DNA of 63,173 nucleotides, the filler included, from Candidatus Woesearchaeota archaeon (GTDB lineage: Archaea > Nanobdellota > Nanobdellia > Pacearchaeales > UBA284): the NCBI GenBank assembly GCA_964354405.1. It is 27 parts of 27 records of this genome, joined end to end, with 100 filler letters (N's around TTAATTAATTAA, not from the genome) between each part and the next. Parts side by side here need not be neighbours in the genome. Positions count along the whole stretch, not along the records: positions 19,010 to 22,898 come from CAYGZP010000015.1; positions 22,999 to 26,552 come from CAYGZP010000016.1; positions 26,653 to 28,922 come from CAYGZP010000019.1; positions 29,023 to 31,286 come from CAYGZP010000020.1; 23 more parts are not named here. One strand, given 5' to 3'. Shown piece by piece: positions 21,316-30,326 of this stretch; position 1 is the first letter of the stretch, and each line of letters starts with the position of its first letter. The notes below the pieces were generated by a model. The model had not been told where the DNA came from. It did not search any database and saw only the letters and a list, made by a program, of their open reading frames with translations. The translations under genes and the position numbers were made by a program.

Positions 21316-22554
21316 ATGCAATTAAGCAGTATTGTTGCGAGGAAGATTTTCAATTCGAGGAAAGAGGCGACTGTGGAGGTTATCGCTAATGCGGCTGGAA
21401 AACAAGTTGTTGCGAGCGCCCCGAGCGGCGCGAGCAAAGGGAAATATGAAGTGCGCGATGTTTCTGCAAGAGGATTGGATTTTTCTATATCATTCTTGAA
21501 TGTTCTTGGCAGAAAATTAGTCACAGAAAAATTTTCATTTGAGACTTTTGATGATTTGGAGAAAGTAGAAGCGATTGTAAGAAAACAAGACAATACAAAG
21601 AATCTGGAGTTCATCGGAGGCAACGCGCTATATGCTCTTGAAACTGCGATTCTTAAGATGGTTGCATTGAGCCAAGAAAAAGAGATGTGGCAGTTATTGA
21701 TTAAAGATAAGCAGCCATTCATGCCGATGCCTGTTGGAAATGCAATCGGAGGAGGATTCCATGTTAAGCAGCAGAAAAAAACAGACTGGCAGGAATTTCT
21801 TTTCATTCCTCGAGTCACGAACTTTTTCGAGTCAAAATTTATCAATGAAAGCGCTTACAAGGAAGCCAAGAGACTTTTGAGTGAGAAAGATTTGGAATTC
21901 AGTGGAAAAGTCACAGATGAAAATGCCTTTGCCACAACCCTCAACAATGAAACTGCGCTAGCTTTGATTAATGATATAAGAAATGACATCCAGAACAAGA
22001 TGAGCATCGGCTTAGGAATTGGATTGGATGTAGCGGCAACTACATTTTGGACTGGATTGAGATATCGTTATAATAATCTCTCGCCTACAATCAAGCAAAA
22101 AGATTTTTTGCCAGAGGATAACTCAGCTTATATTGTTGAATTGGCTCGCAAATATAATCTAACTTATCTGGAAGATCCAATGCAAGGAGAGGATTTCAAA
22201 GGATTCGCAAATGTATTGCGAAGATTGAATAATGTTTTTGTTGTCGGAGATGATTTGATATGCACTCAGCCCGATAGACTGCAGAAGGCAATTCGCGAGA
22301 AAGCTGTAAACGCGGTTATCATAAAGCCAAATCAGGTTGGCTCGTTGCTTGAGACAAAGAAAACTATAGATATGGCAAAGAAGCATGACATTGTAACTAT
22401 CATCTCGCATCGTTCGGGCGAGACTATGGATAATGCCTTGGCGCATTTTGCTGTTGGGTGGAGAATGCCTTTTATCAAGACTGGAATTTCTGGAGCCGAG
22501 CGTTTAGCGAAATTGAACGAGCTCGCGAGAATTGAAAGACAGATTAAAGAGTAA
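21316..22554 (+). CDS. eno: Enolase
   Basis: IFNSR..TVEV, PSGAS.G, IGGNA, YLEDP, VVGDDL, IIKPNQVG, SHRSGET, ERLAKLNEL.RIE. Confidence 0.93.
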   Translation: MQLSSIVARKIFNSRKEATVEVIANAAGKQVVASAPSGASKGKYEVRDVSARGLDFSISFLNVLGRKLVTEKFSFETFDDLEKVEAIVRKQDNTKNLEFIGGNALYALETAILKMVALSQEKEMWQLLIKDKQPFMPMPVGNAIGGGFHVKQQKKTDWQEFLFIPRVTNFFESKFINESAYKEAKRLLSEKDLEFSGKVTDENAFATTLNNETALALINDIRNDIQNKMSIGLGIGLDVAATTFWTGLRYRYNNLSPTIKQKDFLPEDNSAYIVELARKYNLTYLEDPMQGEDFKGFANVLRRLNNVFVVGDDLICTQPDRLQKAIREKAVNAVIIKPNQVGSLLETKKTIDMAKKHDIVTIISHRSGETMDNALAHFAVGWRMPFIKTGISGAERLAKLNELARIERQIKE

Positions 22555-22578
22555 ATATTGTTAGTATTTTATAGGAAT

Positions 22579-22898
22579 ATGGCGGGAAAAGTCAAGAACA
22601 AACTTTTAGATGAAATGGAGTTAATGATAAAATCAATAAAAATTAACAATCCGGGGATTGAAGAGAGGATTCTGAAAGCGTTTAGAGTTTGTGACAGAAG
22701 ATTTTTTGTCAAGCAGGATGCTTATACTGACGTGCCGCAGCACATCGCTCATGGACAGACAATCTCGCAGCCTTCGACTGTTGCGAAGATGATACGAGTT
22801 CTGAAACTTGAGAAACATTTTGATGTGTTGGAAATCGGCGCGAACACTGGTTATCATGCTTCGCTTGTGGCGTGGCTTATATGGCCTGGAAAAGTCTT
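22579..22898 (+). CDS. pcm: Protein-L-isoaspartate O-methyltransferase (3'-truncated)
   Basis: AY.D.P..I.HGQTISQPSTVA.M, VLEIG..TGYHA. Confidence 0.88.
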
Positions 22899-22998
22899 NN
22901 NNNNNNNNNNNNNNNNNNNNNNNNNNNNNNNNNNNNNNNNNNTTAATTAATTAANNNNNNNNNNNNNNNNNNNNNNNNNNNNNNNNNNNNNNNNNNNN

Positions 22999-23366
22999 AT
23001 TGCATTATCTATGATGATTGCATCCATATGATAAAAAGCAAGAATGCAAAGCTGGTAACACTCTTGGCTACACAGAATCGGCATCGGCACGTAACCAATA
23101 TCTACCTTCTTCAAAAGTGGAATTCAATGCCGACCCTGATTCGTGCGAACTTAGACCTGGTTTCTTTTTTCCGAACGGACAATAAGAAGGAGTTAGCTAC
23201 TTTTTTGGAAGAGCAGAATTCAAATGAAGATACATTAATGAAATTATACGAATACGCTACGAAAGCCCCCTACTCGTTCCTACACATTAATAACTACTAC
23301 CCAACACCAGTATACTATTCAAGATTTACTGAGATAAGGTTTCAACCAAAGGAGTCTTCTTCTTGA
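22999..23366 (+). CDS. A32-like genome packaging ATPase (C-terminal half)
   Basis: Walker B CIIYDD, QNRH, LLQ, IRAN, PYSFLHI motifs of the FtsK/HerA A32 clade. Confidence 0.85.
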
Positions 23367-23772
23367 GCCGATATAAACGTTGATATTCTTTATGCTTCTC
23401 TTTGTTTTTCTTACGATATTCTTTCTTCTTCTCTTTATTTCGCTCATAATATTCTTTATCACGCTCTTTATCACGCTCTTTCTTATCGTCTTCTGATACA
23501 TATGGTCTATTTTTATTGATACAGTTCTCGTCAATATCAATCCAATATAGTTCTCGTTCTCGTAACAAATCAATCTCTACTTCTTCTATTTTCTCAACTA
23601 TACAATTATCTATTCCATACTCTTCAAAAAGGATAGAAGAAGAACAATATCCTCTAGATAATCTGTAATTTGAACGATGACTATTAAACCGTTGTGCTAA
23701 CGTTTGAGTCGTACTTCCGTAATATACCTTCTCTCCTTTTGGACTTGAAATTTTATAGATTATTCCCGACAT
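23326..23772 (-). CDS. GIY-YIG endonuclease
   Basis: GIIYKI....VYYGSTTQTLAQR..H, LFEEYGIDNC, ERELYWI, CINKNRP. Confidence 0.88.
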   Translation of the reverse strand: MSGIIYKISSPKGEKVYYGSTTQTLAQRFNSHRSNYRLSRGYCSSSILFEEYGIDNCIVEKIEEVEIDLLRERELYWIDIDENCINKNRPYVSEDDKKERDKERDKEYYERNKEKKKEYRKKNKEKHKEYQRLYRLKKKTPLVETLSQ

Positions 23773-23836
23773 TGTACTGATTAATAAAAACAGTGCCAAT
23801 TTTTTCATTTTTTTTCTTGCTACATAGTAAAAACAA

Positions 23837-24426
23837 ATGCCAACACGATTAACGGAAGGTAGTACCGTAAATATGTTAAAACGAGGAGGGCAAACGCAAC
23901 GGGTGACTCAATCCATCCGTATTGGAAATGGGTTATGTGACTGTCAGAAGGTATGCAAATGCAAACAGAAAACGAAACGTCGTAAAGCAAAGAAGAACGT
24001 TCCGCAATCTACATTTTTTCCAAACCAACCGGTGCGTCTTATTCCGCCGCAGTTTCAATTGGCTCAAGGCGTAGGCTTACGATATGCCAATCAGCCAGTT
24101 GTGTCTATAGGCGTTGGAAACAATCCTATCCAAAATGGCTCCAATGCGTACACAGCAGGAGCGCCAAACGCCGCTAACCAAGGTCAATACGGCTCATTAC
24201 CAGCTCTCAATCAGTTGGAAGATATGTATAGACAGGGTTACGTATCTCAGAGGCTAATCCCAACGATGGATATGAATGCTCCTCGTAACGCTGCTCTCGT
24301 ATCAGGAAACCTACCACCTGTAAAATCAGACCCAGAGATTGGCGGAACAGGTCCGCGTTCAGAATCGCAAACATCAAAGGCCATCGTCCCGGAATCTAGA
24401 ACAACTCATCTTCATAATGTAGCAGC
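23837..24426 (+). CDS. Hypothetical viral core-like protein (basic N-terminus, Gln/Asn/Pro-rich)
   Basis: LKRGGQTQRVTQSI.I, KRRKAKK; runs into the N gap. Confidence 0.55.
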
Positions 24427-24658
24427 NNNNNNNNNNNNNNNNNNNNNNNNNNNNNNNNNNNNNNNNNNNNNNNNNNNNNNNNNNNNNNNNNNNNNNNNNN
24501 NNNNNNNNNNNNNNNNNNNNNNNNNNTAATTTGACCCATTGTTCAAATTAGGTATAATATGGCAGTAGACCATAGCATAGGGATGTTAAAAGTAACAATT
24601 GCATTTGTAGCAAGATATACTCTCAATGCTTTCCATCCCTGAGCGATAATGTAATTCT

Positions 24659-25135
24659 TTATTTCTGCAAGCATGACAGAGCAAGCCGAAAAACCGCATT
24701 CAGAAAACTGGGTTTTGAAATCTTATCGTGCAATAATTGGCTGTCAAAGTCATCCTTATTAATAGACTTCTTGGGAAACGAGGTGATAACCTTGGCACCC
24801 AGCTGCTCAATAAATGATTCAGCTTTCTGAATCCATGAAACATAGGATACAATCTCAAACGATTTAAGGTCCTGTTTGGCTAACTCAATACGGGCAGCCT
24901 TGTCGCGCACGTCCACAAGCAGGTAATCGCAATCTAGACCACTAAATGGTAGATTGATGAGATGTGAATCCCAGTCTAATACTTTTCCGTATTCTTTGAG
25001 ATGCAGTTTATCGTCACCGGATAGGTCTTTTGCGTAGGCGATGATAACTTTCTTACCATCAAGAGATAGAGCGGGAGGTTCGGAGACGAGCGAGGATAAT
25101 ACCGGTGGGAGTGGTAATTTATCGAGAGAGCTCAT
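24659..25135 (-). CDS. Hypothetical viral protein
   Basis: 158-aa ORF preceded by the shared AAAAATTTAT motif. Confidence 0.6.
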   Translation of the reverse strand: MSSLDKLPLPPVLSSLVSEPPALSLDGKKVIIAYAKDLSGDDKLHLKEYGKVLDWDSHLINLPFSGLDCDYLLVDVRDKAARIELAKQDLKSFEIVSYVSWIQKAESFIEQLGAKVITSFPKKSINKDDFDSQLLHDKISKPSFLNAVFRLALSCLQK

Positions 25136-25172
25136 TTTTGTTTTTGTAGTTACAACAACAAAATAAATTTTT

Positions 25173-25286
25173 TCATACTTTAACGACGGTTTGTACGTGT
25201 ATTCCTCCGTATTGGTCTTTATAGTAAATCAGCTTGACGTATTTCCGCTCAATCGTATAGATACGAGTTAGTATATCTACGGTCAT
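25173..25286 (-). CDS. 37-aa hypothetical protein MTVDILTRIYTIERKYVKLIYYKDQYGGIHVQTVVKV
   Basis: Translated by hand; lies exactly between two copies of the promoter-like motif. Confidence 0.45.
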   Translation of the reverse strand: MTVDILTRIYTIERKYVKLIYYKDQYGGIHVQTVVKV

Positions 25287-25298
25287 TGTACAATAGCA

Positions 25299-25721
25299 TC
25301 ACATTATAAATTTTTTACGTCCGCCTCTTGCTAATCCTAATGGTTGTCCTTTGTTTGAATAGGACTCAAAAATTTGCTCGTCCAGAGAAACACCTCGTCT
25401 CGTAGCTTTATTCGCTAGTCGTAGTTGGTCTTCTGGCAATAGCATTTGATACCAGCTCTCATAAATCGTACCGCCTAACTTTGCCCATCGGGAAGTATCT
25501 CTATCAATATAGGAATAGACCAGTTGCGTATCCAAATCTCGGCTATTATTGTTAGCTACACTTCTTAATCCATCTTGTAATTCAGGAGATAGGATATTGA
25601 ACCACGCCTTTGCTTTCTTTAGTAAACGGCCAAGTTGGGTTTGGACATCGCTATTATTAATTCTAGCTAGTCGTTGAAGACCGCCTTGGATGTCCGGTGA
25701 CATATTTTCGTACAAACCCAT
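25299..25721 (-). CDS. Protein with three tandem Arc/CopG ribbon-helix-helix-like repeats
   Basis: Three repeats of (L/M)xP(E/D)xxxxLxxxAxxxxx(D/S)(V/L)xxQ(L/I). Confidence 0.5.
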   Translation of the reverse strand: MGLYENMSPDIQGGLQRLARINNSDVQTQLGRLLKKAKAWFNILSPELQDGLRSVANNNSRDLDTQLVYSYIDRDTSRWAKLGGTIYESWYQMLLPEDQLRLANKATRRGVSLDEQIFESYSNKGQPLGLARGGRKKFIM

Positions 25722-25734
25722 GTTTATTGTTACA

Positions 25735-26418
25735 TCACATAATAAATTTTTTACGTGCCATTCCACCGTGACCAAAAACCATCCCGCCTCTCTTTTTCGC
25801 TAGTTCTTCGTACGCTCCTTCCCCGTATCCTGCTAGGTCGGTAATCTTGCTACCGATGAATTTAGATAGACTAGGTGTTTCTTCAATTAGCGATTTTATA
25901 TCTTGTTTGAGGAACTTGTCAATTCCTTCCGATAACAGTGTACTAGCACGGAGATGAGCGCGGAGAAAATCTTGACAATTATTGGTAAATCCATCGTAGG
26001 AATAGTACTTGCTCCCCATCTGGTCCATTCCGCGTTGGATAAACTCGGCGATGGTAATGGTTTTGGGACCAACTTTAGGGGAAACGGGAATGACGAGTGA
26101 TTCGGTTTCTTCATTAGTAATCGGTAGGCCAACTTTAAAGTTGGGAATAGCGGTCTTCTCAAGGCTATATTTCTTATTGATGATTAATGCGGTATGGAAG
26201 AGATTGTCAACGTCAGCTTTTTTCTTGATTTCGTTCCAGTTGCCGAGAGTGAGCACTTGCATCAGACCAGTAGCGACGCTGTCAATAGGAGTTCGTGTAA
26301 TCTCGAGGTGAGAAATCTCTTCATCTCCGTGTTCTTTTAGGAACTTACGGAACGATTTCGGGAGCTTGTTGATACCGAGTAAGTATTTGATGAGGTCTGT
26401 GATTTTTTCAAAAACCAT
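25735..26418 (-). CDS. Permuted papain-fold (PPPDE/LRAT-like) cysteine peptidase
   Basis: His before Cys: LFHTALII ... YYSYDGFTNNCQDF. Confidence 0.7.
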   Translation of the reverse strand: MVFEKITDLIKYLLGINKLPKSFRKFLKEHGDEEISHLEITRTPIDSVATGLMQVLTLGNWNEIKKKADVDNLFHTALIINKKYSLEKTAIPNFKVGLPITNEETESLVIPVSPKVGPKTITIAEFIQRGMDQMGSKYYSYDGFTNNCQDFLRAHLRASTLLSEGIDKFLKQDIKSLIEETPSLSKFIGSKITDLAGYGEGAYEELAKKRGGMVFGHGGMARKKFIM

Positions 26419-26442
26419 TTTTAATCTGTACACAATATAATA

Positions 26443-26552
26443 ATGTCACTCGACGGAAATACCTTCTCGTTTATCCCGTACAGTTTGAATGGCATCGGTG
26501 ACGCTGGTCTTGGTACTAGCTACGTTCCGTACACAGGAGCTTTACAGGGAAC
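26443..26552 (+). CDS. Possible fibre/structural protein N-terminus (MSLDG...YVPYTGA)
   Basis: YVPYTGA motif is common in viral fibre proteins; truncated. Confidence 0.4.
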
Positions 26553-27189
26553 NNNNNNNNNNNNNNNNNNNNNNNNNNNNNNNNNNNNNNNNNNNNTTAA
26601 TTAATTAANNNNNNNNNNNNNNNNNNNNNNNNNNNNNNNNNNNNNNNNNNNNAGGGGAAAGAAGACTATTGTAGTCAATGGAACAGAGCCTCAGGATCTC
26701 ACTCCTTTCTTGAAAGTTCATAGGGCTTGGTTTGTAGAGGGCTATCCTAAGGGTAGTCTGCCAAGGCTTGAGGCTGACATCACAGGACTTCTCTATCATC
26801 CAAGCAGCAGTCAGCTTGAGATCAAGTTCACCAATGTCAAGGAAGTAGAGTTCAATGAGTGAGAGGATTAGCGTCAAAAGTCATTATCGCATTGTCACAA
26901 GAGACTCAAAAGGCAGGTTCACAAGCGTCAGGAAATGGCAAGCATCAAAGAAGAAGCTATGCTGTTGTTGTGGACTCTTTCCTGCCTCTGAACCCAATGG
27001 ACTCTGCAGGGATTGTGCAAAGAGCTGTGCAGGTTATCTCTTGGGAAAGAAGCTCTGCATCACGATTGAAAGTCGTGGACATAGAGAGGGCTGAGGGAGC
27101 ATGGGCAAGAAGAGAAAGTCGAAAGCCTATGAGAAGTGGTATGGACAGCCTTACAAGCCCAGAGGAGAAAAACCAAAGGAGACGACAAA

Positions 27190-27414
27190 ATGAAGATAGG
27201 TGATGAAGTTCTGATCAGAGGAAAGATCGTGGATCTGGACAGCAATCTTCAAGGCTCTGCTATCAGAGTGGAAGTTCTTGGTTCCAAGGCTGAAGTTGAA
27301 GTTCTGGGATGGCAAGGCAGTGAACGTAAGAGTATGCTGAGATTTTGGATCCACAGGCTTGATCAGCCCTCTACAGTCATTTTCCAAAAAGGCAAGGAGA
27401 CAACAGAAAAATGA
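27190..27414 (+). CDS. Small hypothetical viral protein (SH3/KOW-like MKIGDEV start)
   Basis: GGAGA ribosome-binding site; ATGA-coupled to the next gene. Confidence 0.5.
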   Translation: MKIGDEVLIRGKIVDLDSNLQGSAIRVEVLGSKAEVEVLGWQGSERKSMLRFWIHRLDQPSTVIFQKGKETTEK

Positions 27415-27893
27415 CAATGAGAGACAAAGGGTTTGAGATCAAGGATGGAACTCCTGCCACTAACAGCCATTGGAAGAATATGACAGGTAAGAAACAGATA
27501 GTCCTTGTGGACTTTGATCACACAATCACTATGCAGTGTTTGGCTTGCCATCCTTACAGCAAGGAATTGGACAGGGAAGTGCAAGAGGGCTGCAAAGAGG
27601 CTCTGACAAAGCTCAGGAAGACCTATCAGATTTGGATCTTCACAGGAAACTATGACTATCTTGACAAGTCCTGCCCTGTCAATAGATCTGTTCCTGCCAT
27701 GAGGAAGTTTCTCAAGAAGCATGGCATTCCTTTTGACAGGATCCTGCAGATCAAGCCACCTGCCTGCTTCATTATAGACGACAGGGCAATCCATCACACT
27801 TCTTGGAGAGAGACATTGGACACGATCACTGTAAGGGAAAGTATGATTGAGGAAGATTATTCAGATGAAGAATTGAGGAATGCAGATGCTTGA
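27411..27893 (+). CDS. HAD-superfamily phosphatase / deoxyribonucleotidase-like protein
   Basis: IVLVDFDHTI (motif I), IWIFTG (II), IKP (III), IIDDRA (IV). Confidence 0.8.
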   Translation: MTMRDKGFEIKDGTPATNSHWKNMTGKKQIVLVDFDHTITMQCLACHPYSKELDREVQEGCKEALTKLRKTYQIWIFTGNYDYLDKSCPVNRSVPAMRKFLKKHGIPFDRILQIKPPACFIIDDRAIHHTSWRETLDTITVRESMIEEDYSDEELRNADA

Positions 27894-28578
27894 AAAGAAG
27901 AGTAAGATGTTTGAGTTTGTGACTGAGACGTGGAATCCTGTGGCTATGAAGTGCAGGCATGGCTGCCTGTATTGTTGGGCTACTGCTCTGAAGGAAGGGA
28001 AGCTCAGGGAGAGTCCAAGATACAGAGACTTGTCTCAGCCTAAACTGATTGAGTATGAGCTGAAGAGACGTTTCAAGAAGGGAGCCTATGTGTTTGTTGA
28101 AGACATGGGAGATCTCTTTGCCTCTGACATTCCTGACGTGTTCATTCAACAAGTGCTGCTGACTATCTGGGAGAGTCCTGAAGCCAAGTTTCTGCTGCTG
28201 ACCAAGAATCCTGTGAGGATGGTGGCTTGGCAGAAACACATTCCTGAGAACTGCTTGTGTGGCTGCACAATAGAGACGACAGGAACAATGAGAGACTTCA
28301 GCAAGGCTCCTGCTCCACAGACAAGATACATGGCTATGAGACAACTTGAGCATCCTCACAAGATGATCTGTATAGAACCTATAGTGGACTTTGAACCTGT
28401 CAAGTTTCTCTGTTGGATTGAAGAGATCAAGCCTGAGCTGATCGTCATTGGCTACAACAATTATCCTAAGACCTGCCAACTGCCTGAGCCAAGCCTTGCC
28501 AAAACCCAGAAGCTCATTGACTCCCTGAGGTATGAACACTTCAATGTTCAGACAAAGACTCTGAGGGAGAAAGCATGA
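27880..28578 (+). CDS. DUF5131 (phage Gp37/Gp68) radical-SAM-like protein
   Basis: TWNPV..CRHGCLYCWA (CxxxCxxC), VFVEDMGDLF, FLLLTKNP, IEPI. Confidence 0.85.
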   Translation: MQMLEKKSKMFEFVTETWNPVAMKCRHGCLYCWATALKEGKLRESPRYRDLSQPKLIEYELKRRFKKGAYVFVEDMGDLFASDIPDVFIQQVLLTIWESPEAKFLLLTKNPVRMVAWQKHIPENCLCGCTIETTGTMRDFSKAPAPQTRYMAMRQLEHPHKMICIEPIVDFEPVKFLCWIEEIKPELIVIGYNNYPKTCQLPEPSLAKTQKLIDSLRYEHFNVQTKTLREKA

Positions 28579-28859
28579 GGAGAAATACCTGTCTGAATTG
28601 TGGACAGGAGATGCCTGAAAAGACTGAAGCTAGGTTTGATAAGTGGCTTGAGAAACTTGAGGGACTGCAAGAAAGTGATGAACCTATATGGACTGTATTT
28701 GAAGGATGGATTGAACTCTTTTTAAAGGACTTTTCTCAAGGGGATGATGAAAGCACATCATTTCCCAATGTAAGATTCATTTATCTATGCCCTAACTGTG
28801 CCAAGAAATTGCTATCTGACTATCAAGAATGGTCTTTGAGGGAGAAGAATGACAACTGA
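28575..28859 (+). CDS. Zinc-ribbon hypothetical protein
   Basis: CLNCG ... LCPNCA; ATGA overlap. Confidence 0.55.
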   Translation: MRRNTCLNCGQEMPEKTEARFDKWLEKLEGLQESDEPIWTVFEGWIELFLKDFSQGDDESTSFPNVRFIYLCPNCAKKLLSDYQEWSLREKNDN

Positions 28860-29022
28860 AGAAAGGAAGCAGCTTGGCAAAGAGCAGAATCCTGAGCTTA
28901 ACCTGAAGTTTGCTCTTGATCANNNNNNNNNNNNNNNNNNNNNNNNNNNNNNNNNNNNNNNNNNNNTTAATTAATTAANNNNNNNNNNNNNNNNNNNNNN
29001 NNNNNNNNNNNNNNNNNNNNNN

Positions 29023-29223
29023 ATACGGCGTCGGCACCCACGTCGGCCCGCCCGTCAGCGTCCCCTGGTTGTTCCCCACGCTGTCCCACGCCTGCAGGCC
29101 CGCGCCGTCGTTGAGCAGCCACGCGCCGACGGGCTGGGGGATGCCAGCCGCATTCGCCGGGTTCCACAATGCGCCAGGCATCGGCTTCTGACCCGGAGGC
29201 AGTTGGAGGGGCCATCCTGGCAT
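29023..29223 (-). CDS. LamG/concanavalin-like phage structural protein (N-terminus)
   Basis: VGAWLLNDGAG..AWDSVGNNQGTLTGGPTW. Confidence 0.7.
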
Positions 29224-29231
29224 GAGGTCCT

Positions 29232-30323
29232 CTACTGATTCAGGTAACTGTCAACCGTGACTGCTGTGATCTCGGCGATGATCGGGCTGCCCGTAGCCGC
29301 CGTGTTGCCGATGATGATGTCATAGGGTATTGACCCATCCAGCATCACGCCGGGGTAGCAGTTCGCCGGATGGATCACGTGCGTCGTGCCGTGGGCATAC
29401 TCCAGGGCGTTCCCCATTGGAACCGCCGTCAGCGTCGCGATGTTCAGGAGCTTGCGCCACTCGGTATCGCCAAAGAGCCGCCCGGTGTACTGCGCGTTCG
29501 TGGTCGGGGGCGTCCCGATGGTGTGGCCCGTTACACACCGACACCTGATCCACATCTGCGAGACCGAGTTGACCGTATCCGCAGCCCAGTCTGAGGGGCT
29601 GCGCCAGCCGGTGTAGATCGTCCCCGTCGCAGCAGGCAGGCACCCAAGATGAAATGTGGGCGTCGCCTTACTGAAGTCCGTCTGGTCGCCTGTCAGGTAG
29701 GAAGTCAGATCTCCCCAGACACCGCTGCCCTTGCTGTACTCCCAGATCATCACGAGGTTCGCGCCCAGGGTAGCCGCCGCTGCATTGACGACGTGCTTGA
29801 TGTGATTCCAGTCCAGCGTCGCATGTCCACCGAAGTACACGCAGTCCCCGGTCACGATGGCGGTTGACTGCCAATATGCGCCGCCCGTGCTGATGTCCGC
29901 ATAGGTGCTCGGCGTCTGGAACCGATAGACCGTCAGGTTCGTGTCCGGCGCCCCGATGCTGTAGTCAGCATAGGCAGCCAGATTCGCCACGCTGCTCAGG
30001 TTGATGAACGTATCGCCAACGATGCCCGCCACGCCCACTGTCGGGCTCGGCTGCGTCCCACTCGGCAGAAACGAGAACGAGTAGCGAGGCGCAGGAGAGT
30101 TGCCCACATTCGACGCGCGCCCGGTCTTGGGGTCGAAGTAGACATTGAGTGCTGCGCCCGGCACGGTGGTCCCCATAAGCGCGATCCGCACCTCCGGGAT
30201 GAAGCCCCAGGGCGCAGGTGAACCGGGCGTCCAACTGTACCTCAACACTCCCGTCAGCGGGATCGTGCAGGGTTTGACGAGGCTGATGTCCTTAGTGGCG
30301 ACCGGATAGCTGTTCGTTGCCAT
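29232..30323 (-). CDS. Hypothetical beta-rich phage structural protein
   Basis: 363 aa, GGAGG ribosome-binding site, co-oriented operon. Confidence 0.6.
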   Translation of the reverse strand: MATNSYPVATKDISLVKPCTIPLTGVLRYSWTPGSPAPWGFIPEVRIALMGTTVPGAALNVYFDPKTGRASNVGNSPAPRYSFSFLPSGTQPSPTVGVAGIVGDTFINLSSVANLAAYADYSIGAPDTNLTVYRFQTPSTYADISTGGAYWQSTAIVTGDCVYFGGHATLDWNHIKHVVNAAAATLGANLVMIWEYSKGSGVWGDLTSYLTGDQTDFSKATPTFHLGCLPAATGTIYTGWRSPSDWAADTVNSVSQMWIRCRCVTGHTIGTPPTTNAQYTGRLFGDTEWRKLLNIATLTAVPMGNALEYAHGTTHVIHPANCYPGVMLDGSIPYDIIIGNTAATGSPIIAEITAVTVDSYLNQ

Positions 30324-30326
30324 GAC

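Larger units (their letters stand above)
22999..26552. mobile_element. Second polinton-like virus / virophage-like fragment (internal 100-N scaffold gap at 24427-24526)
   Basis: A32-like ATPase, GIY-YIG paralog of 9515-10201, papain-like protease, similar upstream motifs. Confidence 0.7.

Noticed and set aside
21228..21845. 205-aa minus-strand ORF
   Set aside because: Antisense shadow of enolase.
25299..25752. RKKFIM as a shared protein targeting signal
   Set aside because: Better explained by a DNA motif upstream of the next gene; a third copy lies outside coding sequence.
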